Assembly: GCA_964016885.1 (NCBI GenBank)
Contig: OZ024745.1
Location: 100,626,001-100,690,000, forward strand
Direction: 5' to 3'
From: Eledone cirrhosa
Taxonomy: Eukaryota
DNA length: 64,000 bases
Within the stretch, counting starts at the first letter, position 1. Every line of letters starts with the position of its first letter. The position numbers were made by a program, and so were the translations under genes. Shown here in pieces: positions 52,294 to 64,000 of the stretch. The notes under the pieces are model-generated. The model did not search any database. It was not told the origin of the DNA and saw only the letters and a program-made list of their open reading frames with translations.

Positions 52294-52451
52294 AAGTGGT
52301 AACACAACAGTTAGTTCACCATACCGAGAACAATTGTTTCATCTTAGCGGATCCTCAGCTCGTAAGATAACCATGTCCATTACGAGCTGAGGATCCGCTA
52401 AGGTGAAACAATTGTTCTCGGTAAGGTGAACTAACTGTTGTGTTACCACTT
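52294..52451. repeat. Fold-back palindrome with 72-bp arms
   Basis: 52294-52365 pairs with 52380-52451, with two mismatches. Confidence 0.96.
52383..52420 (+). ncRNA. Minimal type-I hammerhead motif (mirrored on the minus strand in the left arm)
   Basis: CGAG-CTGAGGA-t-CC-gctaa-GG-t-GAAA-CAATTG-T-T-CTCG. Stem I is CGAG/CTCG and stem III is the palindrome ACAATTGT. Confidence 0.82.
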
Positions 52452-52505
52452 ATATATATATATATATATATATATGCATGTGTATATATATATATATATA
52501 TATGC

Positions 52506-52606
<101 letters not shown>

Positions 52607-52750
52607 CTTTTAGGCCTCTGAGGTATTCCTGGCCAGGAATATATATATATATACATATATACACACACATATATATATATACATATGTATATATATACAT
52701 ATAATATATATATATATATATACATATAATATATATATATATATACATAT

Positions 52751-52781
<31 letters not shown>

Positions 52782-52802
52782 TATATATATATATATACAT
52801 AT

Positions 52803-52834
<32 letters not shown>

Positions 52835-53045
52835 ATATATATATATATACATATAATATATATATATACATATACATATAATATATATATATATACATAT
52901 AATATATATATATATACATATACATATAATATATACATATAATATATATATATATATACATATACATATAATATATATATATATATACATATAATATATA
53001 TATATTTATATAATATATATATATAATATATATATAATATATATA

Positions 53046-53144
53046 TATTTACCCCTCACGGCTCACAATATGCATCCGATGTTGACAAAACCGATAATCG
53101 TAAATATCCTTTTAATACGTTAAGCATGTATGAGATACACACAC

Positions 53145-53188
<44 letters not shown>

Positions 53189-53240
53189 GTGTGTGTATCT
53201 CATACATGCTTAACGTATTAAAAGGATATTTACGTTTATC

Positions 53241-53282
<42 letters not shown>

Positions 53283-53381
53283 GTGTGTGTATCTCATACA
53301 TGCTTAACGTATTAAAAGGATATTTACGTTTATCGGTTTTGTCAACATCGGATGCATATTGTGAGCCGTGAGGGGTAAATA
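53046..53381. repeat. 105-bp inverted repeat centred on (TA)n, with a partial extra copy
   Basis: 53046-53150 is the reverse complement of 53277-53381. 53183-53244 duplicates the start of the right arm. Confidence 0.95.
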
Positions 53382-54824
53382 AGATTTAAACTGCTAAAGG
53401 AACCGGAAAAGATAGTTTCCCAAAAACATAACCATTGTGGTTTTAATCATTTCCGCATTAAAAGCGGAAATTAAAGGGAAATGCATAGAGAGAGAGGCGA
53501 ATCCGATAGCTCTGCTAGTATCAGGCAGAGATTTCAATAACAGCAATTCTAGCTACTGTAAAAATACAGATGAAAGAAAAACAAATGAACCTACTCTTTT
53601 GAAATATAATAATAAATGGGAGCAAAGAATTTGCAGAAGAAAGATATCTTTCCTTGTTTGTATTCTAAGAAAAAATAACAGCAAAAAGCACCCGAAATAC
53701 CGATTTATTTGGAGAAAAAAAACCTTCGTTATAAAATAAGGCAACATTCCTTTGCAGATAGCGAATATTTTTAGGAAATGAATGAAAAATTAGAAAAGAA
53801 AATCACTTATCTCTTGATTTACAGAAAGAGCGTAGAATTGGTTTCATAAAGATGTGGCAAATGAAGCGTTTCCAAAAAGAGTAAATTCTGTTCTTGGCGA
53901 ATTATTTATCCTCTTCAAGGTTTCAGTCAAATAGGATCAAGTTTTTATCTGGATATTCCACAAAAATAACAGGGACGAAAATGAAGTTTGCCTTTATACG
54001 TATTGTGACGATACAAAAGCAATTTCTTCCTAAAAGCATATTGTTAAATTTCTTTTATAATATAATGATAGAAACCAGAGATATGTACAATTTGATTCAT
54101 TTTGTAGGGAGGCTGTACATGTGTTACATATACAACTCGTATCATGTGAGGTCATCCCGACTAAATTACAGAAGTGGCGCTTTGATATATACGATTTAGT
54201 TATAGTGAGAAATATGGAAATATATGAAATCTACTTTATGTGTACAAAGCACTGTCAAATGAAATATCTCTGGGGATAAGAAAGAGATGAAAGAAAAGAA
54301 CATATAAAGAAGAAATGAGTGGTGGTATCAACAGCTATAACAAACACAGTAGAAACAATGGGTTAAATTTCATCAACTAGCAACAGGGGTGCTACAATAT
54401 GTTCATTGTTTTATTTTTTATATTGAATTGTGAAGAGTTTGCTTTGTTCAAATATATCCTATATGAAAAGAATGCCTGTATTTGTCAGGAAAATCTAAGC
54501 TCTTGAACTTAGACTGTCATATACTGTATATATAAACATGTATGACAGTCATAGAAGGGATTTATTTCCTTTATTTTTCCGACCATTTTATTGGAAGGTT
54601 TCCCATTAGCGAGCTAAAAAGCGTGTGAATTCAATATTTTTGGAGAGAAAATGACACCCATCTTCTGTTCGTTATGACCCCGTCATATTGAATATTTCTC
54701 TTCTTGGGCACTGTATCTATTTAAATAGCGGTTTCTGCTGGCTGGCTCTCAGATTTCTTTTTTTTTAATAATGGGCATAAGTGACTGAGTTTCGTTTGCT
54801 TTTGTCTTTTTTTATCATTATTTG

Positions 54825-55005
54825 AATTGGCAGTATCGGTAGAGAGTTGGACGCCATGCTTTCTAACATAGTTACGTCCCTTTACAGTCTGAGTTCAAAT
54901 CCCGCCGAGGTTAACTTTGCCTTTCATCCTTACGGGGTCGATAAAATAAAGTACCAGTAATGTACTGGGTTTTTACTGACCTTGTGCCTATAGTAGAAAC
55001 AATTA
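54825..55005 (+). mobile_element. Family-1 SINE
   Basis: A and B boxes plus the core. Confidence 0.9.
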
Positions 55006-55789
55006 TTATTAAGTGACATGTTTATCAAAACTAAATTCATTTTAGAAAACATAAAAACAAAATTAATTCAAGTCGTCTATATCTATGGACGAATTTGTTT
55101 CTGCATTATTGCTAAGAATATTATTAAAATTGAAAGACCTTTTAACATCATAATATACATATATCTCTATAGATATAGACACACATACATACATACACAC
55201 AAACACACACATACATATATATATATAGACATATATGAGACTCTCCTGTCTTCTATCAACGTATGTGTGTTCAGTAGTCTTCTCAGTTCATATTTTTATG
55301 GTTATGCTTTCAATGTGACTTTAATCCAACTGCTGATTTACTCATGAAGCCGCACTTAGTGCAGCTGGCAGGATTTTCAGCGGAGCAGGATGGAAGGTTT
55401 GATCGAATGTTGCTGTTAGATCTTAGACTACGAAGATGGGCCAGACTAGTTATATATCTGCTTCTACTTTCTGAGTCTAACCCTCTCCTTGATTAATAAA
55501 ATAAGTACTAGAGGCTGAATTTAATTCATTTATACCTCTCCTATATGTATGGCTTTGTGTCACAGTAAGAAATATCCTTGGTGTTACTTCAATTTCTGCA
55601 ATATCTAAATTCAATGTTACTATTGTAACAAACGCTAAGAAAATACTAAGTTTTCATGGTTACATGACGTTAATTGAGAATAAAAGGTTATATTAAAGTG
55701 AATGGAAACTTTTTGTAAAATATTCCTTCAAATGAATATAAGCTTTATTAGTATAAGTTATTTAAAGTCTGTTCTAAGTCGAAGGTTCA

Positions 55790-56012
55790 CCAGGCCGGTG
55801 CTTATCCCCGAGTTCTTTGACGTTAAGCGACTGAGAGTACAAGTCTTTCCCTGAACAGGACGCTAGTCTATGGTAGGGTTAACTCACCAGCTACTTCTGG
55901 TACTCATATCAGTTAAGTGTACTGAATCAACGTGAAATAAGGTGTGTTGCTCTAGAACATAACGCAGAAATCGAACCGACGACATTATAATTGTACAGGC
56001 CATGCGCCTTCA
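55790..56012 (-). mobile_element. Family-2 SINE (older)
   Basis: gccggtgcttatcccc..gcgactgagagtacaag matches 22990-23040. Confidence 0.8.
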
Positions 56013-56351
56013 CTTTACCAGTATACATGGAAGTTTGTTTTCTATAGCTACCGGTACAAAGTGCTAAGCTAAAAATTATGTATAACAAAAAATTCAGTTA
56101 GGATGCGTTATGTGTATAAAGGTTTTAACCTTTACACACAGCAATGAAGCCATTTTCTGACACCATGTCCATTTACTGATCTTGCGTGGATCAGATTTTT
56201 TTTGTCCTGGTGAACTTATCTGTGCAACACGGATCTGTGCAACAAGGCAAACGAAGTTAGTGCTCATTAATGCATGTAATAATAATAAAAAAAACAAGTA
56301 ATTAGTTTTGAAATAAATTACAAAAATAATATGTTTCCCAAGTCAATAGTA

Positions 56352-56542
56352 ATTGTTTCTACTTTTGGCACAAGGCCAGCAATTATCCCAGTGCATTACT
56401 GGTACTTTATTTTATCGACCCCGTAAGGATGAAAGGCAAAGTTAACCTCGTCGGTATTTGAACTCAGATCGCAAAGGGGCGTAACTCAATGCTACAAAGC
56501 ATGGCGTCCGACCCTATACCGATACTGCTAATCCACCGCCCT
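56352..56542 (-). mobile_element. Family-1 SINE
   Basis: Full reverse-complement copy. Confidence 0.92.
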
Positions 56543-57474
56543 GGGTTTATAATAATATCGAATGTTAAGTGTGTATTTATTTTCACCATCGTGTATCTGT
56601 AAGTAATTAGAAGGTTATAAGTCGATAAAGAAATTTAAATGGAAGAGAGGGAAAATGGGGATTCATGTGGGGAAAGGCAAGAAATAGGCAAAATATAATT
56701 AAGTCCTCATTATAAAATATAATTGAGTCCTATTTATAAAATTGATTTAGAATTTTATATATTATCATGTTTCTCTCAAATATTTTAAAACTCATCTAAT
56801 TTTTTCAAATCTGAACAAAGCTGCAAATGCTTCTTTAAAAATCGATAACATATTTAGCATACATTATTACTGTATTATGTTTAATACAACGAGATGCTGT
56901 TAAGTTCTAAGATGTTATTTATGAAACACTTTTTATTATATCAACATAATTTTCATAAATCTACTCTCAATTAGGAATTTAGATGATAAAACGAATATCC
57001 AAATCAACGTACCACTGAGGGGTATGGCTGTTAATTACTTTATATTTTGTTTGGTGAGTAAATATTTGTGTATCGGGATCGAACTTAAAGGACAAAAACT
57101 ATATTTAGTGTTAATCTACTTGGTTATTGAGCAGGTTTTTCTTATTTCATCAAGAATAGAATTTAAAAAAAAAGAATGTAAATGGTGTGAATCACCTTGG
57201 AAAACGTTTGGCTTTATCCTCTCTAGCTACTATCAAAGAATAATATCTTATTTTTCATTGAATGCATTCTACTAAATCTCCAGTATTTATGTGAAGAGCA
57301 TTCTGCGATACATGTCGATAGCTTTAATGCTGTTTTGTCTAAGATAAACTCTGATCAAGCAAACCTCTAATTAAATGCGCAGCAATAGTGAACATGATAG
57401 TTTCTCTTCAGAAAATGTATAACTTTTAACCGCACGGCTATTCATGGATCCAAATGTCTTACATGGGTAGCTCA

Positions 57475-58577
57475 TCTATATATATAAAACTGATGCTGTC
57501 TGTGTGTGCGTGTCCTCATTTTTGCAAAGTCTATACAAATCCGCATTTCTACTCCGATTGACTTCAAACTTGCATTTATATGTTCCTTACGGTCTAAAGA
57601 TATTAACTGCAGCTTTTATTTTTCAATTTTCTGTTGTTAAAGGGGTGTTAGGCGATGATTATCCATCTCCGTCGCGCTCTTATAATATCTGTCTGTATGC
57701 CTGGCTGTCTGCATTACGACATTCTGACGAACATTGATAACGTATTATGTTCGCTATTATCCGTTCATTGCCAGGAAACGTCTTCACGAACCAAAGTATC
57801 GTCTTCCTGTTTTCCTTCGGTTGCAACGTTTTTCGAAATATTTACTTATGCGTTCACAGAAGATCCCGTTAAGGGTGAAAGCAACGATTCTTTGCTTAAA
57901 CTTTAATCTGTTATTTTAATCTATATATGTATAAATATAAAACTGAGGAAGGATGTATGTGTGTATGTGTGTATGTGTGTATGTGTGTATGTGTGTATGT
58001 GTGTATGTGTGTGTGAAACCCGAGAAGTACCCAACCGATCTTTTTCAAACTTTACATGTGTATTACTTATATTTCAGGGAGTGTTATGCTCATAAAAATA
58101 TTCAACTTTTTGATCGCCAATGGCCCGCATTAGGTGAAAAACTGCGTTTACCCCCAGTTTTTTAGAGGTTTTTTGAGGCGTTACGTCAGACCGATTTCCT
58201 TGCAATTGTAACTATGTATTAGTCAGTCTCTTCTTCATACTGTGAGAAAAGAAAATGCAACTTTTTTTATGGCCTAGGGCCCGCATTAGGTGAAAAGGTT
58301 AATTTTTTCAGCTTTTTATGGCTTTTTTGAGGCGTTACGTTCTAGCCGATTTTCCCGAAATTTCAAGGCATATTATGCACATAAAAAAAATTTTCTTGAT
58401 CCACAACCTGCCTTTTTCCTGCTTCATCGAGGAAAATCTTAGATTATCCAGCCATCAGAGTATTCGGTTTATTTTCTTTGCATATTGTCCAGGCATGCAG
58501 TTTTTCCACGATTAGGTCTGTTGGCGGCTCGCGTTCCAAAATAGCTTATACCGTGCAACGCCGGGTACCACTGCTAG
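57475..58577 (+). mobile_element. Composite non-autonomous Helitron-like element
   Basis: A|TCTATATATATAAAACTGA 5' end at 57475, a second A|TCTATATA start at 57920, and a 3' hairpin ccgtgcaacgccggg followed by CTAG|T. Confidence 0.78.
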
Positions 58578-58701
58578 TATTTAAGAAAACTGTATATATA
58601 GTGCTCCAACATTATGTAGAAGTTTGTAAATTAACTCTCATGCATAAACATGTAGATTTAATTACGCTTGTTTGTGTACATATGTATATGATATGTATAT
58701 A

Positions 58702-58990
58702 CAGGGGCCTCGTTTGCCTTAAAAATGTGAGCGGGACAAACCAGCATTTGTTGATTCTTAAAGGAGCAAGTTAGTATTGCTTATGGTGCCTTTCCCGGAC
58801 CCTACCACATCAGTAAAATTTTACGCTAATTAAATTTTATATATTCAAATGAATTCAAATAAAAAGAATTTATAATATCAAAGAATTTATCATATAAACA
58901 AAAAATAAAATAAAGACGTTTGAAAATGTGTGTGTGTGTGTGGGGGGGGGGGATATTGTCCCCTGGTACCCCCCTGAAACATGGCCCTTG
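58702..58990. mobile_element. hAT-type MITE
   Basis: Imperfect TIRs CAGGGGCCTCGTTT / AAACATGGCCCTTG and 8-bp TSD TGTATATA on both sides (low-complexity, so weaker evidence). Confidence 0.65.
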
Positions 58991-59490
58991 TGTATATATA
59001 TAAGAGACATATTGAATTAAAGATTTGTAGCCCATTGCTCTTATTGCCATCCGGATGATTGCTAAGTTTTTCATCTATTCAGTGCATAGACCCATTGTAT
59101 TCTTACCCTGTCTATTTCTCAAATACGTCATCAGATTCTGCTCGTTTGAATATTTACGTTATATTTCATCTTCACCCAAGTTAATCCTATGCACCAACGC
59201 GTTAACTCTACTGTTTAACCTCCAAAACATTGAATGAAACCCTCCATATAATAATTCTTCTACACAAAACGGACTCTCTGGAAATATTTCCCTTTCTCTT
59301 GATAATCTAACAACCATCAATCTGTAGAAACCCAAGTTCAACATCAAGCGCATCTATCTAATTTTGAAGCCCTTGTCAGGATTATAAAATTTGCGTGCAT
59401 TGCCACGTTTCCTTGAAGGACTTGTAAATGTTATACACATTACCCTATCCTCGCGTAATAAAATAATGAAAAAATATATTTATATGATGT

Positions 59491-59677
59491 ATTTGTATGT
59501 ATAACTTGCAAACATATAAATATATTTGTGTATATAACTTGTAATTATATAAATACATTTGTGTATATAATTTGTAACTATATAAATACATTTGTGTATA
59601 TAATATGTAATTATATAAATACATTTGTATATAACTTGTAAATATATAAACATATTTGTGTATATAACTAGCAAACG
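59491..59677. repeat. 33-bp AT-rich minisatellite, about 6 units
   Basis: atttgtgtatataacttgtaattatataaatac repeated. Confidence 0.9.
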
Positions 59678-60297
59678 TCTAAATATACTTGTGAGGATGA
59701 CTACGAAATTAGGTGCTAAAGTATTAGAATTGATCTGGTTGTCATTTATCAGAAATGACTGTTTGTTTTTTCAGCGGGGAAATGAATCTTTGGAAGAAAT
59801 GGCACGCTTACACATTCACAATTAGTAAAGAAATCACACACATACATACGAAGACGTTCTTATACATAACTAATCTTATTTGAGAAGTTAACCTTATCCA
59901 AAGTTCTGTCTACGTATTAAAAGCTGTTAACGATAAATTAGAACGTAGGAAGTTTAAATATAAACAGATAAACACAGCTGGCAGCAGACTACCCCTACAC
60001 TTTGCTAATTCAACTGCTCTGTATTTTACTAAAAAACAAAACTTACCGCATATAACAAATGCCATGCAGGGAGTATCGTGGGTGAAGTGTGTTGTATATT
60101 AAGCATTGTGTTTCCAAACCATCGCACATAAGCTGGCTTATCAACTGTAAGACTTGTTTCAGTTCTATATACACACGTGCATGTGCTCGCGATTTCATCT
60201 AACTATTCATGTTGTTAACCTTTTGCATTCGGACATCAACTATATTCAACCAAGACACAACTAACAAGGCATTTACATTTTTATTAGTTAAGGTGGT

Positions 60298-60470
60298 TTG
60301 TAGCATTGAGTTACGGACCTTTATGATCTGAGTTCAAATCCCGCCGAGGTTAAATTTGCCTTTCATCCTTATAAAATAAAGTACCAGTCACGCACTGGGG
60401 TCGATTTAATCGACCCCCCCCCCCAAAAAAAAAAAATTGCTGGCCTTGTGTCTATATAAGAAACCATTAT
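60298..60470 (+). mobile_element. Family-1 SINE, 5'-truncated
   Basis: gagttcaaatcccgccgaggttaaatttgcctttcatcctt. Confidence 0.88.
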
Positions 60471-61849
60471 TTAACTGTTCCCAGTGGCATATCTACAGTA
60501 GATGGTTTTGACTCCACCTCTGTCATGCTGCCTTTTCACCGTTCTCTTCCATCGACAAGTAACTCTTAACGATAATGTTAAAAGCAGCTTTGGCGTAACT
60601 GGATTCTCTTCGCAACTCAAATCGGTGGAGTTAGACCAAACGGATGGCAAAACGTAGGACAGTGTCGCAATCTTCCCGATCCAAGGTAGCAAGCCCCTTA
60701 TCTGAAATATAACCTTCTCCAACTGTAACTTGGTGAAATCGGCGCCAGACAAAGGCTTTGTCACCTGACAAGCTGAAGATCATAACGGATGCGCTTTAAG
60801 AGATATTCTGGAACCTGTAGTGGAAACAACTGGTACTCTGTGTTTCCGAACCTACTTATTTTGATCGGTTTGGACACGGCCATCCGAAAGAGTGAACCAT
60901 GTGAGAAAGACAAGCTCATTCATTACATTTACCTCGCCAACCTCCGGAGTAACGTGTTTGAAAGACAAAAAAAGAGAGTGGCGAAATTTGACCTCAGAAA
61001 ATAAAGGTCAAACGTTCTACAAATGCTGCCCCTTTTCCAGTCATGTGGAGACAAAAACCTTAATATCTCTACTGCGTGCGTGAAACTGAAGTTTCATTTA
61101 GCAATATCAGTAAGAACCGTACGCATGAGACTCCGTAGTCACAGGGCCTCTCGAAATAGCAACAATATCTCCATCAAAATTACAATATCGTCTTCACATT
61201 GGATAATATAATTTTACATGTGATGGTTTTGTTACAGCTGGACAATAAGTCTGCTTCGTTATGGCTAAACTGGGCTTAAATAACAACAACAGCAAAAGGA
61301 AAACAACTATACTATTACATCCTACGCATGAACAACACAAAACAGAAAAATTCACGCTGTCGTTCGTTCGCTTCATAATATCTGATGATCTTTCATAGCG
61401 GTCACATATTTGTAAAGTAGATAAGACCGCATCCCAATGGTTGGCTTTTTTTCCTTCTTCGAGGCCAGAAAATATTTCAACTGATTAGTTCAAGTTTCTC
61501 TATAAGGTGCGACCCAAATTATTTTAATAGTTATCTAGGACAGAGCTGCTGCTATAATATACACATTCTTGATGACTCTCACCTCCCAAAGCCCCATATC
61601 TGATAGACTAAGCATCACACACCAACACGCAACATTCATTAAGTCTACCGATGCGTGATGTCCTACTTCTGTCTGTCTTTTTTTTTTTTGGCAACTACAG
61701 CCGTCTTTGATTACCTGAACCTGCCAAGTATACACGAAGTGGATTTTTGTATTAATATTAACACAAAAATCCTCTTCGTGTATTTATCTCTCCACTTCAT
61801 CCTGCTGTCATCTATCCTGCGGTTCACCCGAAACTAGTATACACACTGC

Positions 61850-62165
61850 CAGCGCGTAGCTTAGTTGTTAGGGTATTCGGCTCATGGTCGTCACGTCGTT
61901 AGTTCGATTCCGAGGCGCGTTATTTCCTTGGGCAAGACACTTCATTTCACATTGCTCCAGTCACTGAGCTAGCAAACATGCATTGTATTTTAAAGGGACA
62001 GTCATGTCACACTGTGTTACGCTGAATCTCTCTGAAAACTACGTTAAGTGTACGCGTGTTTGTGAAATATTCAGCTAAATGAAAATTAATTTCATGAGCA
62101 GACTGTTCCGTTGGTCGAACAACTGGACCACTCATTGTCGTAACCAACGGAATGCCAACAACCAC
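61850..62165 (+). mobile_element. tRNA-derived CORE-type SINE, family 3
   Basis: A box tagcttagttg, B box agttcgattcc and CORE-like ccttgggcaagacactt. A decayed minus-strand relative lies at about 3620-3740. Confidence 0.8.
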
Positions 62166-62657
62166 ACTGAGACGGTAATATTGTTTGTTCTGTAAGAGAC
62201 GATATTGGAAGCCATATAGATAACTAAATGTATATATATATGATTTCACAGAACTTATGTTTACCGAATTCGCAGACCAGACCCCTTCTTCCTCCCGTTA
62301 GACCTGTGCGAAATTCCTTCCTTGCTCACATTTCAACCAGGTTTGATGGTCTTTATTCTCTCGTTCACGATTTCACCGAATTTAAATTCATAGAAATCTG
62401 GGACTTGTCTCTTTCTTCCTCATTTTCTGTTGCTTCACCATTTTGTTTGTTTCCTCTCGCGTCCCCTTTATTTACGTATCCCAACGACTTTTTTTAGCCG
62501 TTGGTCGCACCAACCGGAGGTATATGGTCTTTAAAGCGATGAAATGCCTATGATGGTTGGAAGATCACTGATGAAGGACAAACTTTTTTCATATGTAACC
62601 CATTTGCAACTCCGCAGCGCCCTTATTATCATATATATATATATATATATATATATA

Positions 62658-63972
62658 CGAGGTGTGTCATAAAGGTTCCAGGACTGATGTCACAAAAGAT
62701 TTATTTCAAACCCAAACTTCACATAAGAGTTTTCTCCTTCAAAGTAATTCCCCTGGAGTATGTAACTGTAATCTTAGCTCTCTGCAGCGATCAAACTTTT
62801 TTCTTCATAATTTTATATACATGTCCTCTGTTTCAGGTCGTCAAGCAATGAGTACAGAGCAACGAACAAACTTGAAGTTTCTGGTACAGTTGGGGAAAAC
62901 TCCGTCAGAAGCACTGGGATTGCGGCAGCAAGTGCATGGAGATGAGACAATGTCACGCTCACGTGTTTTTGAGTGGTGCAAGAGGTTTAAAGAAGGACGC
63001 GAGGACGTGGAAGATGACCCCAGGAGCGGAAGGCCCTCAACAACCAGGACTGAGGTCAACGTTGAGCGCGTCAGGCAGATGGTGCGTAGCGATCGTCGGC
63101 TGACTGTTCGTCTGATGGCAAATGAGCTGGGCATGAATCCGGACAGCGTCTGGAAGATTCTTACTGAAGATTTGGACATGCGGAAAGTCTGCGCGAAGAT
63201 GGTGCCAAAACTGCTGAACGATGACCAGAAGGGTCGACGCATGCAAGTGTGCCAGGACATCCTCGAGCGTCTTGAAACCGAACCAGACTTGCTAGGGACA
63301 GTCATCACCGGTGATGAGTCATGGATCTTCAAGTACGACCCGGAAACCAAACGCCAGAGCCTTCAGTGGAAGAGTCCGTCGTCGCCAAGGCCGAAGAAAG
63401 CACGACATTCGAAGTCCAAAGTCAAGGTCATGTTGAACAGATTCTTCGATATGAGGGGGATCGTCCACTGCGAGTTCTTGCCACAGGGCTAGACGATCAA
63501 CCAACATGTCTACAAAAGAGATACTGCAGCATTTGCTTCGTTCAGTGCGTGAGAAGAGGCGAGAGTTGTAGCAGCACAACTCGTGGCTGCTTCACCATGA
63601 CAACGCGCCTGCTCACAATGCCCTGAGCATCCGACAGTTCCTGGCCGAGAAGAAGATCGCCGTGTTGGAGCAACCTCCCTACTCACCCGACCTGGCTCCG
63701 TGTGATTTTTTCCTATTCCCCAAGCTCAAGGGGGTCATCAAGGGGACCCGTTTTGAAGACGTGGATGACATAAAAAAAAGGCCGTGACGACGGAACTGCG
63801 GAGGATCCCGGAAGAATCCTTCCAGGAGTGCATGCAAGCGTGGCAGAAAAGGATGGAAAAGTGCATTAGACTCCAGGGCGATTACTTTGAAGGAGATAAC
63901 TCTTAGTGTGAAGTTTGGGTTTGAAATAAATCTTTTGTGACATCAGTCCTGGAACTTTTCTAACACACCCCG
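62658..63972 (+). mobile_element. Full-length mariner (DD34D) DNA transposon, 1315 bp
   Basis: TA flanks and about 65-bp TIRs (CGAGGTGTGTCATAAAGGTTCCAGGACTGATGTCACAAAAGATTTATTTCAAACCCAAACTTCACA and its inverse). Confidence 0.97.
62848..63906 (+). pseudogene. Mariner transposase, disrupted
   Basis: MSTEQRTNLKF, RSGRPST, KMVPKLL, ITGDESW, HHDNAPAH and YSPDLAPCDFFLFPKLK, with 34 residues between D2 and D3. Premature TAG at 63490-63492 and frameshifts downstream. Confidence 0.95.
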
Positions 63973-64000
63973 TATATATATACATATAATGAAAATAAAA

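Noticed and set aside
60471-61200. Higher-complexity segment resembling decayed coding sequence (RTVKRQHDRGGV, Tc1-like)
   Set aside because: Too degenerate to assign by eye, and no TIRs were found.
62566-62600. CTGATGA near a (TA)n-bounded tail
   Set aside because: No stem II/GAAA partner follows, so a hammerhead cannot be called.

Overview
AT-rich, microsatellite-dense eukaryotic DNA with no recognisable multi-exon host gene. The repeat complement suggests a coleoid cephalopod such as octopus (inference). The window is mostly transposable elements. These include a near-intact RTE-clade LINE (1006-aa APE+RT ORF with a PHD-like insert) next to a decayed Penelope-like element (RT+GIY-YIG), a broken Tx1/L1-clade LINE, several RTE 3' fragments, a full-length DD34D mariner, Helitron-like non-autonomous elements, pogo/hAT/piggyBac-type MITEs, about 20 tRNA-derived SINE copies, chains of (CATA)n-tailed non-coding retroelements, and a 1.6-kb 14-bp minisatellite. 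The most striking non-coding signal is a set of type-I hammerhead-ribozyme motifs, several mirrored in both arms of fold-back palindromes sitting in (TA)n tracts, with five such inverted repeats clustered at 50.5-53.4 kb. Most ORF-track entries are microsatellite or antisense artefacts. Coordinates of decayed repeats are approximate.
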